A stretch of DNA of 64,000 nt from the NCBI GenBank assembly GCA_963819665.1, contig CAWFXN010000005.1, positions 12,957 through 76,956 of the forward strand, in the 5' to 3' direction. Within the stretch, counting starts at the first letter, position 1. Each line of letters opens with the position of its first letter. The notes below the pieces were generated by a model. It ran no database searches. It worked only from the letters and a program-made list of their open reading frames with translations, and was not told the DNA's origin. Position numbers and translations under genes: made by a program. This document shows, in pieces, positions 30,594 to 40,816 of this stretch. The stretch is from an uncultured Alphaproteobacteria bacterium (GTDB lineage Bacteria > Pseudomonadota > Alphaproteobacteria > Rhizobiales > Rhodomicrobiaceae).

Positions 30594-31125
30594 GAAATAC
30601 TCCCTGACTTACGCTACCGACAGAAAGACACGAGTTCCAAGAGGAAGTTAAGAGTCCAGCGATGCCGAAAGACGATGAGAACGTTCGCTTCCGCTGGGGT
30701 AGAATTTGATCGCTATGAAGAGATCTCCTTGGGGGAGGAGTGACCTAAACGATAACATAATTCAGGAGAGGAGTCTTCATATACGAGCCCCTGCAACCTG
30801 TATGATGTCCAAGTTTCAGCGAAAGGTGAGTATCGGCTGTTTCAATCAGGCCCGACATGGCGAACATTGGCATTATACTTGCCGCCGCGCTTACGCCGCG
30901 CGCAGGCGCCGAATGGTGAAGGATTCGTCGCCTTCCAGGCCGCGCCTCAATGGTTAATCGCGGGATGGTTAACAGGAGCGCGCCGGAATTATTTCCGGCC
31001 ATGTTTTACTTAAAAAGTCGTTTATAAGGCGCGAGCTGAGGCGCGTCTCGCCTCTGGTCTGGACGCGAACAAATCCCTATAACCAATTGAAAACGAAGAG
31101 ACTTTTATCCTTAACAAATTGCCCA

Positions 31126-31140
31126 TTAAATTAAATTTAA
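31126..31140. promoter_or_regulatory. CtrA-type box TTAA-N7-TTAA
   Basis: TTAA-ATTAAAT-TTAA; a near match TTAA-AAAGTCG-TTTA lies at 31010-31024. The region is AT-rich, so a chance match is possible. Confidence 0.5.
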
Positions 31141-31268
31141 TGCCGGAATTTTTGTCTTTACTGGGACGCGCAAAAGTCCGTTAAATATGTTGAGGCTTTG
31201 TTTGTTAACCGCAACTGCGCCGCCCGCAGCCGCGGCGGCGCAAGCGTCATCCTGTTTTTTATGATTAA

Positions 31269-31281
31269 AATCAATAGCTTA
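31269..31281 (+). promoter_or_regulatory. IHF consensus site
   Basis: AATCAA-TAGC-TTA matches WATCAAnnnnTTR, with an upstream A/T tract. Confidence 0.5.
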
Positions 31282-31441
31282 GCGCCGTTAACCTCTCAGC
31301 AAGGCGCTTTTTCATAAGATCCAGGCTCGATCGTTGCGGAGTGAATGCAAGCTGATCCGAGGTTGAATAAGATGTCGCCCTTTGCATGGACCATAAAAAG
31401 TCAGTTCGCCTGTAAGCCGGGTTCTGCGCCCCGGGCGTCGA

Positions 31442-32063
31442 TCAGACCTTGGCGCGCAGCGCGGTCGATGAGAGCTTCGACAACGGTCCCGACACATAGC
31501 ACCACGCGGGCGGCGCGAGGTCCGGAAGCATCGCCGCCTCGCCTCTCCGGAATGCGATACCGGGCGAAGCGGGCCGCAGCGGGGGAAGCCAGCGCCCGAT
31601 GCCGCCATCCGGGCCGGTCTTCCACGGCTATCGGCATGATCTCGAAAATGGCGCGCCAATCATTCCAGCGATGGAAGCCCGCAAGGTTGTCGGCTCCCAT
31701 GAGCCAGACAAAACGCACGCGCGGCAAACGCTCGGACAACCAGGCAAGCGTCTGCGCCGTGTAAGCGGCGCCAAGCGCGGCCTCGAAGGCCGTGACCTTG
31801 ATGCGGGGGTGACGCGCAACGCCCCTCGACAGGCGAATCCGCTCGGCAAGCGGCGCAAGGTCCGCATGGTCCTTGAGCGGATTGCCGGGCGTGACGATCC
31901 ACCAGACTTGTGAGAGGTTCAGCCGCTTCAGCGCGGTTTCGCTGATGAGCCGGTGTGCGCGGTGCGGGGGATTGAACGAGCCGCCAAGAAGCCCGATCCG
32001 CATTCCGTCTGCTGCCGGCGGAGGCCGCAAATCAGAATCCCAAAGCCAGCCCGGCATCATCAT
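31442..32063 (-). CDS. nadD: Nicotinate-nucleotide adenylyltransferase (apparent frameshift ~31545)
   Basis: [34 protein letters not shown]. The shifted tail PPAWCYV.GPL..LSSTALR ends at TGA 31444-31442. Confidence 0.94.
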
Positions 32064-33368
32064 ATCGGCCGCGTCTGTCCATCGCCGCGCACGACGTATT
32101 TGAAGGTGGTAAGCTGCTCCACGCCAACCGGCCCGCGCGCATGGAAGCGCCCCGTGGCGATGCCGATCTCCGCCCCCATGCCGAATTCGCCGCCATCGGC
32201 AAATTGCGTGGACGCGTTGTGCACGACGATGGCGCTATCGACCTCGCGCAGAAAGGTCTCAGCCGTGGCGGCATCCTCGGTGACGATAGAGTCCGTGTGC
32301 TGCGAACCGTATTTCGAGATGTGCTCAATTGCTCCGCGTACGCCCGGCACGACTTTCACGGAGATGATCGCATCGAGATACTCGGTCGCCCAATCCGCTT
32401 CCGTGGCGGGAAGAGCGCGCGGATCGGCGGCGCGTGTCGCGTCATCGCCCCGAACCTCGCAACCGGCATCGAGCAGGGTCGTCACGAGCGGCTGCAACAG
32501 CCGGTCCGCCGCCGGCTTCGTCCACAAGGAGCGTCTCGGCCGCGCCGCAAATCCCGGTGCGCCGCAGCTTGGCGTTGAGCACGATGGCGCGCGCCTTCTC
32601 AAAGTCCGCCGCCTTGTCCGCATAGACATGGCAAATGCCTTCCAGATGAGCGAATACGGGGACGCGCGCCTCCTTCTGCACGCGTTCAACGAGGCTTTTG
32701 CCGCCACGAGGGACGATGACGTCGATGGCTCCGCCAAGCCCCTCAAGGAGATGGCCCACCGCGTCGCGATCCGTTGTCGCCACGAGCTGGATGGCTGTTT
32801 CGGGCAGCCCCGCAGCCTTCAGGCCCTCGACGAGGCAGGCGTGAATGGCGCGGTTGCTTTCGAAGCATTCCGAGCCGCCGCGCAGGACCACGGCATTGCC
32901 GGATTTGAGGCAGAGGCCGCCCGCGTCGGCTGTGACGTTGGGGCGGCTTTCATAGATGATGCCGATGACGCCCAAGGGGACGCGCACGCGAGAAATTTTC
33001 AGGCCGTTGGGCCGCTCCCAGGCCGCGATGACCTCGCCCACGGGATCGGGCAGGGCGGCGATCTCGTCCAGCCCGCGCGCCATGGCTTCGATGCGCGCTT
33101 CGGTGAGCGTCAGGCGCTCGATAAAGGATTCAGGCCGGCCCGCCTCCCGCGCCGCCTTGCGGTCGGCGGCATTGGTGTTCAGGATCTCCGCAATGTGCGC
33201 CCGCAAGCTCGAAGCCGCCGCGCGGAGCGCCTCGTTCCTTTGGCTTGTTGGCGCGAGCGCCAATAGATTCGCGGCGGCTTTCGCCTTCTGCCCGACAGCA
33301 AGCAGGTCCGTCTTCGAAAGGCGCTGATCGAGCGTGTAATCGGCAATGGAGGTCATTTTGTCGGCCAA
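32060..33368 (-). CDS. proA: Gamma-glutamyl phosphate reductase (apparent frameshift ~32520)
   Basis: [35 protein letters not shown] and [32 protein letters not shown]. Confidence 0.96.
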
Positions 33369-33380
33369 TCAGATAGACTT

Positions 33381-34532
33381 TTAAACGAGGTCGCGATGAA
33401 GCGCCATGTCGTCGCGATGAATAAGGGCGGCGCGGCCAGCATAGCCAAGGGTGGCGACGATTTCCATGGAATTGCGGCCCGCGATCAGGGCCGTTTCCTC
33501 GGCGGTATAGGCGATCAGCCCGCGGCCGACCTCCCGTCCCGATCCATCGCGGATGATGACGGCTTCGCCGCGCTCGAACTGGCCGCTGACGCTTTTGACG
33601 CCGGCGGGAAGCAGGCTTCGGCCCGCCTGAAGCGCAGCGCGCGCGCCATCGTCGATCACGACGACGCCTTTCGGCTCCAGCGTGCCCGCGATCCAGCGCT
33701 TGCGCGCCGTGACGGGATTGGCGGCTGCGAGAAACCAGGTGCAGGGCGCCCCCTCGCCAAGCGCGCGAAGCGGATGCAACTCCTTGCCGGAAGCGATGAC
33801 CATGTGCGTGCCAGCCGCAACCGCAATCTTGGCGGCGGTCAGCTTCGTGATCATCCCGCCCCGGGACAGAACCGTGCCTGCGTCGCCCGCCATGGCTTCG
33901 ATTTCGGGCGTGATCGCAGTCACCACATCAAGCCGCGTGGCATTGGGATCTTGCGCGGGCGGCGCCGTATAAAGCCCGTCGATGTCGGACAAAAGAACGA
34001 GGCAATCGGCCGTCATCATGGTGGCGACACGAGCGGCGAGCCTGTCGTTGTCGCCATAGCGGATCTCCGATGTCGCAACCGTGTCATTCTCATTGACGAC
34101 CGGGATCGCCCCGAGCTTGAGAAGAGTCTCGATGGTGTTGCGCGCGTTGAGATAGCGCCGCCTCTCTTCGGTGTCGCCAAGCGTAACGAGGATTTGCGCC
34201 GTCGTGAGCCCACGTTCGCGGAAAACGGTTTGATAGGCATGCGCCAGGTTGATCTGCCCGACCGAGGCCGCGGCCTGCGCTTCTTCAAGCCGAAGCGGCC
34301 CTGGATTGAGGCCGAGCGCGCGCCGCCCGAGCGCGATAGCCCCCGAGGACACGAGGATCACGTCGCGCCCCTCGGCTTTGAGCGCCGCGACATCGTCGCC
34401 GATCGCCTCCAGCCAGGATTGCTTCAGCGCGCCTGTCGGCCGGTCGGTCAACAGGGCCGAGCCAATCTTGACGGTGATGCGCCGCGCGTTGCGCCATTCC
34501 GGACGCGCGGAGTGGGTGATTGCAAAGGTCAT
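33381..34532 (-). CDS. proB: Glutamate 5-kinase
   Basis: VKIGS, VSSGAIA, VNENDTV, GDNDRL, GGMITK and a C-terminal PUA domain. Confidence 0.97.
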   Translation of the reverse strand: MTFAITHSARPEWRNARRITVKIGSALLTDRPTGALKQSWLEAIGDDVAALKAEGRDVILVSSGAIALGRRALGLNPGPLRLEEAQAAASVGQINLAHAYQTVFRERGLTTAQILVTLGDTEERRRYLNARNTIETLLKLGAIPVVNENDTVATSEIRYGDNDRLAARVATMMTADCLVLLSDIDGLYTAPPAQDPNATRLDVVTAITPEIEAMAGDAGTVLSRGGMITKLTAAKIAVAAGTHMVIASGKELHPLRALGEGAPCTWFLAAANPVTARKRWIAGTLEPKGVVVIDDGARAALQAGRSLLPAGVKSVSGQFERGEAVIIRDGSGREVGRGLIAYTAEETALIAGRNSMEIVATLGYAGRAALIHRDDMALHRDLV

Positions 34533-34565
34533 GATGCGTTGAGGAACGCCGATTTTGGCGAGCCG

Positions 34566-35102
34566 TCAAGCCACCTGCTGCGGGCGCTTGGCGGCCGCCT
34601 TCGCAGCGAAGGAAAGGGGCAGCGCGGTCGTGAACTTGATTTGCTCCATGGCAAAGCTCGAGCTTACATCGGTGAGATCGATCTGCGAGATGAAAGCTTT
34701 GTAAAACCGGTCGTAGCTTGCAATGTCGGGGACGGCCACCCGGAGCAGATAATCGACCTGGCCGCTCATGCGATAGGCTTCGACGATCTCCGGAAAGCTC
34801 GCGACCACGGTGTTGAAGCGTTCGAGCCATGCAGCATTATGCTGATTTGTCGTAATGGCCACGAATACGGTCACGCCTGCGCTGACGCTTTGCGGGTCGA
34901 GGAGCGCAACGCGGCGCTGGATGACGCCATCCTGCTCCAGTTTCTGAATGCGGCGCCAGCAGGGCGTCGTGGACAATCCAACCTTTTTCCCGATTTCCGC
35001 GACAGGCAGGGTGCTATCCTCCTGGAGGATCGTCAGTATTTTTATGTCCATTGTGTCGAGCATCGGCGTGTCCGGAAAATCTTTTTTTGGAGCGCGCGCC
35101 AC
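34566..35102 (-). CDS. Lrp/AsnC-family regulator (DecR-like; true start may be MLDTMD)
   Basis: D..D.KIL..LQED, VGLSTTPCWRRIQKLE and RMSGQVDY. Confidence 0.92.
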   Translation of the reverse strand: MARAPKKDFPDTPMLDTMDIKILTILQEDSTLPVAEIGKKVGLSTTPCWRRIQKLEQDGVIQRRVALLDPQSVSAGVTVFVAITTNQHNAAWLERFNTVVASFPEIVEAYRMSGQVDYLLRVAVPDIASYDRFYKAFISQIDLTDVSSSFAMEQIKFTTALPLSFAAKAAAKRPQQVA

Positions 35103-35172
35103 ATACGCGGAAGGTGCCTATTTTAGAGGCATTTGCGGTTGATGTATAGAAAAAAATACCCTTTTTGGGTTG

Positions 35173-35916
35173 TTATATAACAACCGAGAGCCCATCCTCG
35201 GCCAGGATGCAGCGGCTGGCGTCGATCTTATCGGCGGCAGCCAGCATTTCAGGGCTCATATGGGTCAGCAGATAGCGCTTTGCCCTGATGGTCTCGAACT
35301 TCTCGGCAAGCGTCAGATAGTCGAGATGCACAGAGGTCTTTGTGCTGAACGTTGTGCATTCAATGAGATAAAGATCGGCTTCGCGGCCGATTTCGGTCAC
35401 CCCTTCGCACCAGCCGCTGTCCCCGGAGAAGGCAAAGCGTTTGGCGCCATCGCTTATGCTCAAGGCAAGCGATGGCGAACCCGAATAATGATCGACTTCC
35501 TGAGCCGATATCTGAATGCCTCGCCATGAACTTGTGTGACCGGGTTCAAGCTCGCGGTAGAGAATTTCGAAATCCTTGGGAAAGCTGGAAAGCGAAGGAT
35601 AGAGCGCTTCGAAAAGATCGGTCATGCGCCGTGCGATACCGGGGGGGCCTAGTATTTCGACCGGCTTCGGCCCCCGTTCCACGAACATCCTGTCCAGAAG
35701 AAGGAAAGGCACGCCGCCAAAGTGATCGCCATGGCAATGGCTGATCACGATAGCATCGATAGAGGCCATTTCTATGTCTGCGCGCTTCAGGGCCAGCGGC
35801 GAGTTCGCGCCGCAGTCCAGCATAAGCCGGCCTTGGGCCGTATCGAGGAGGTAGCAGCTATGATAGCGGCCACCCGAGCTAAATGCGTCGCTGCATCCTA
35901 TGACCGTGAGCCTCAT
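35173..35916 (-). CDS. MBL-fold metallo-hydrolase (RNase Z-like)
   Basis: SHCHGDHFGG (HxHxDH), FSGDS, IECT and LTHMS. Confidence 0.9.
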   Translation of the reverse strand: MRLTVIGCSDAFSSGGRYHSCYLLDTAQGRLMLDCGANSPLALKRADIEMASIDAIVISHCHGDHFGGVPFLLLDRMFVERGPKPVEILGPPGIARRMTDLFEALYPSLSSFPKDFEILYRELEPGHTSSWRGIQISAQEVDHYSGSPSLALSISDGAKRFAFSGDSGWCEGVTEIGREADLYLIECTTFSTKTSVHLDYLTLAEKFETIRAKRYLLTHMSPEMLAAADKIDASRCILAEDGLSVVI

Positions 35917-35922
35917 GGTGCC

Positions 35923-36534
35923 TCATGCTTTGTGAGAGGGCCGGGACGACACCTGCGCATACCATCGTTTGAAGTGCAAGGCTTCGTCCGGAATGGTGAG
36001 GCGGGCAGGCTTCATGAAATCGGTTGCTATCATGGCGGTGATGTCCGCGACGGAAAAATCTTCTCCCGCAAGATATGGGACGGCGCTCAATCTCTCGTCC
36101 AAAATTCGAATGATCTCGGCCACTCGCGGCTTGTTCGCTTCGGCCCAGGCAGGGATTTGGGGGATTTCGAGATGAGCCATGGCCGGATGCGTGTGCCGGA
36201 AGTACTGAGCCACGGGCTGGAAGAAATTGAGTTCGGCGCGCCGGTTCCACATCTCGATCATGCCGATCTCGATCGGCGTTTTGCCGAAAAGGGGAGGGTC
36301 CGGCTGAACGGCTTCGAAATAACGGCAGATCGCCATGCTCTCCGAGATGGCGGAGCCGTCGTTCAGGATTAGAACCGGCACGCGCTGGAGAGGATTGACC
36401 TCGGCGAAATCCGCGGATTTGTGCGCGCCGCTCATGATATCGACCTGCTCGAAAGGGACATGAATCCCTTTCTCAGCCAGGAAAACCCGTACCCGGCGCG
36501 GATTCGGCGCCCGCCTTTCATCCAGGATTTTCAT
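35923..36534 (-). CDS. Glutathione S-transferase family protein
   Basis: APNPRRVRVFLAEKGI, NPLQRVPVL, ISESMAICRY and FSVADITA. Confidence 0.93.
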   Translation of the reverse strand: MKILDERRAPNPRRVRVFLAEKGIHVPFEQVDIMSGAHKSADFAEVNPLQRVPVLILNDGSAISESMAICRYFEAVQPDPPLFGKTPIEIGMIEMWNRRAELNFFQPVAQYFRHTHPAMAHLEIPQIPAWAEANKPRVAEIIRILDERLSAVPYLAGEDFSVADITAMIATDFMKPARLTIPDEALHFKRWYAQVSSRPSHKA

Positions 36535-36665
36535 CGCTAACCACATCGCAAGAATTTCACGAGCGCATGGAACTAAGGCTACGTTTAAGAACGTCAATGT
36601 TCCATCAACCGTAAATTAGCACTTTTGAGTAATCATCTCCTTACTGGCGCGTTTGAGGACGCAAA

Positions 36666-38213
<1,548 letters not shown>

Positions 38214-38234
38214 GCCCGCATGGAGAGCGTGATT

Positions 38235-38780
38235 TCAATGGCCGTCGAAGGCCACGAGCGCGTGTGAGCGGACCTGATGATCGGCTTCGAGCCGCTTCAT
38301 CCCGCCAAGCTCCGGAAGGTCGATAACAAAGGCGGCGCCGACGACCACGCCGCCCACCCGCCGTATGAGCTTCACCGCCGCTTCCACCGTGCCGCCGGTT
38401 GCAATCAGATCGTCAACGATGAGGACGCGCTCGCCTGGCTGGATGGCGTCTTCATGCATTTCGATGATGTCCGTGCCGTATTCGAGCTGGTAGTCCTGCC
38501 CGATGGCGCGCCAAGGAAGCTTGCCTTTCTTGCGGATCGGAATGAAGCCCGTGTTGAGCCTGTCCGCCACCGCGCCGCCTACGATGAAACCGCGCGCCTC
38601 GATTCCAGCCACGGCGTCGACCTTCATGTCCTCGAAGGGCGCGGCGAGCCTTCTGATCGAAGCGCGGAAGCCCTTGGCGTGGCCGATCAGCGTGGTGATG
38701 TCCCGGAACATGATGCCGGCCTTCGGATAGTCCGGAATGGTGCGAATGAGCTCTTTCAGGTCGAGATTATCGTAGGTCAT
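38235..38780 (-). CDS. apt: Adenine phosphoribosyltransferase
   Basis: IPDYPKAGIMFRDITT, GIEARGF, RKKGKLP, LEYG and VDDLIATGGT. Confidence 0.97.
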   Translation of the reverse strand: MTYDNLDLKELIRTIPDYPKAGIMFRDITTLIGHAKGFRASIRRLAAPFEDMKVDAVAGIEARGFIVGGAVADRLNTGFIPIRKKGKLPWRAIGQDYQLEYGTDIIEMHEDAIQPGERVLIVDDLIATGGTVEAAVKLIRRVGGVVVGAAFVIDLPELGGMKRLEADHQVRSHALVAFDGH

Positions 38781-38955
38781 GAACGGTCCTTCCGCGCGAA
38801 GGGGCGCGCGTTCACGCGGCCCGCCAAGCGCTTAGCAATGCATCCCAGGCTTTTCAACAGGATTTCTGGGATTCGAAGCCGCGGTTTTTGATTTCGGCGG
38901 GAACAGGGAGGCGCCCAGCCTCGTTATAAGTTCGTTGTCTAAAGAGGAGCCCCGC

Positions 38956-39069
38956 ATGTCTCACGAAGCAATCATTGCAGCCTTGCTGGCTCTTGCCGCA
39001 TACGGAACAGCAACCCAAAACACCCCTGTCAAAGCCGGTGAAGTAAAAAGCGGAACACAAAAGGGTTAG
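38956..39069 (+). CDS. Unannotated 37-aa small protein with hydrophobic N-terminus
   Basis: AGAGGAG SD; MSHEAIIAALLALAAYGTATQNTPVKAGEVKSGTQKG*; below the ORF-track length cut-off. Confidence 0.5.
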   Translation: MSHEAIIAALLALAAYGTATQNTPVKAGEVKSGTQKG

Positions 39070-39240
39070 CGGTCTGACACACAGGTTGGCAACTTCGTGA
39101 AGTCGCTTGCATCAAGCTCTTCGTGCGCACGCCTGGAGGTAGATGCGATTACAATCCACAGTCGCGGCGACCGTTAGATGTCGGGTGACGCCTCCCGGAC
39201 ATGCTGGCCGGCCTTTCTTAAACCCTTCCTTTCCTTGACA

Positions 39241-40065
39241 ATGAATGGGCTCGATCGCTTACCTGACGGTATGCCGATAAGAGGCTCGTGTTTTACTGGA
39301 CCAGCAATTATTCTCGTTGAGCCGCAGCTTGGCGAGAACATCGGCGCTGCGGCCCGCGCCATGGCGAATTTCGGACTCCGGGAATTGCGGATCGTTAAGC
39401 CCCGCGATGGCTGGCCGAACGAGGCGGCGCGCGCGTCGGCTGCGCTCGCCGTCGAGGTCATCGATGGGGCGGCCCTGTTTGATTCAGTCGCCGCCGCCAT
39501 CGCAGATCTGAATTATGTCGCCGCAACCACCGCCCGGAGCCGTTTTCTGGCGAAGCCGGTGCTTGCGCCGGATGGCGCGGCGGCGGCGCTGTTCGAGCGT
39601 CATGAGGCGAGGCTCAAATGCGGTATCCTTTTCGGGAAAGAGCGGACCGGGCTTGAGAATGCGGACGTGGCTCTTGCCGATGTAATCGTCACCGCGCCTG
39701 TCGATCCCGAATTTGCGTCGCTGAACTTGGCGCAATCCGTTCTCCTGTTCGCGTATGAATGGCGCAAGCTCGTCAACCCCGAGTCGCTCGGCCGCCAATT
39801 GCCCGATGCGCCGCAAGGGGCAGGCCAGCGCTTCAAGGCGAGCCGTCCCGCCGAACGCCATGAGCTTCTTGGCTTTTTCGAGCATCTCGAACGCGAACTC
39901 GATGTGTGCGGATTTCTTTTCCCCCCTGAGAAACGTGACACGATGGTCAACAACATCAGGACCATGTTCACTCGCATGGCGCCCACCGAGCAGGAGGTGC
40001 GCACCTTAAGGGGCATCATCAAAAACCTGCGCCGCGGCCCCTGGACGGGCACAGGGTCGCCCTGA
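39241..40065 (+). CDS. trmJ: SPOUT RNA methyltransferase, TrmJ/LasT family
   Basis: LVEPQLGENIGAAARAMANFG, TTAR.R, FGKERTGL.N, SLNLAQSV and EVRTLRGII; start uncertain. Confidence 0.88.
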   Translation: MNGLDRLPDGMPIRGSCFTGPAIILVEPQLGENIGAAARAMANFGLRELRIVKPRDGWPNEAARASAALAVEVIDGAALFDSVAAAIADLNYVAATTARSRFLAKPVLAPDGAAAALFERHEARLKCGILFGKERTGLENADVALADVIVTAPVDPEFASLNLAQSVLLFAYEWRKLVNPESLGRQLPDAPQGAGQRFKASRPAERHELLGFFEHLERELDVCGFLFPPEKRDTMVNNIRTMFTRMAPTEQEVRTLRGIIKNLRRGPWTGTGSP

Positions 40066-40185
40066 AACCGATGCAACCTAGTCATTCTCTCGCCGGGTTT
40101 ATCTGCTTTTCCATAATCCCCATGAATTGTGGGCATCGGCGCTTCCGGCCCACGCTATCGTTCATTCTTGGGACTAAGGGCGGGT

Positions 40186-40713
40186 ATGATTCTACGATCC
40201 TTTTGTTTGGCTGTTTCGCTCCTGTGTGCATCCGTCGCCGCTGCGCAGACGTTAGAGGCAAGTGGCGAGGTGAGCGATAAGACACTGAAAACGCTAAAAG
40301 CGCTCGCTTGGCAGTCGCTGCCCTCCAGGATTACTCAAAGCGACAAAATTGTCGTCGAGATCGATAAATCCGATCCATCGAAAATCGTCATTCCTGATGC
40401 CGATGCGAGGGAGATCATCCGGGAAGCGCACCTCACGGCGCGCGCGCGAAAGTGCGAACTGCAAGACCTTGTGATCGCGAACCGGGATGCGCTTCTTCTG
40501 CGGGAGAGGAAAACCGGCCGCTGGACGGAAAGCCAGCTTCAGTACATCAACACCCTGCACCTTTTTACCGTCCAGCTTTTGCTGGGAAAGGTGGAAGATG
40601 TCGATGCGAAGTCCAACGCGGCCGTCCCTTCTCCGGTAGTCTGCAACGAGAAGGAAAAACGGGAAATATCGAGCGCCGTCGAGGCGAACGAGAGGTTGCT
40701 CGGCAAATCTTGA
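40186..40713 (+). CDS. Hypothetical exported protein
   Basis: Signal-peptide-like MILRSFCLAVSLLCASVAAA|Q; two Cys in the mature part. Confidence 0.7.
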   Translation: MILRSFCLAVSLLCASVAAAQTLEASGEVSDKTLKTLKALAWQSLPSRITQSDKIVVEIDKSDPSKIVIPDADAREIIREAHLTARARKCELQDLVIANRDALLLRERKTGRWTESQLQYINTLHLFTVQLLLGKVEDVDAKSNAAVPSPVVCNEKEKREISSAVEANERLLGKS

Positions 40714-40816
40714 TGTCGATTGGGTTTGCAAGAGAGCTTGCGGCGCCGGTGACGAAGGCGCAGTAAGGAATACGCAAAGCCAAATAAACTTCTAAACCGG
40801 GGCGGGCAGGGCGGCA

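Noticed and set aside
31160-31190. c-di-GMP-I riboswitch (GGGACGCGCAAAAG resemblance)
   Set aside because: It lacks the upstream GGCAAAC/GNRA P2 stem and the P3 receptor; only a short GGAC/GTCC hairpin is present.
30950-31310. Chromosomal replication origin or dif site
   Set aside because: It is AT-rich with CtrA/IHF-like sites, but has no cluster of DnaA boxes, no hemE/parAB/dnaA context and no XerCD dif match.
36604-36620. CtrA box upstream of the histidine kinase (TCAA-N7-TTAG)
   Set aside because: Two mismatches in an AT-rich stretch make it too weak to call.
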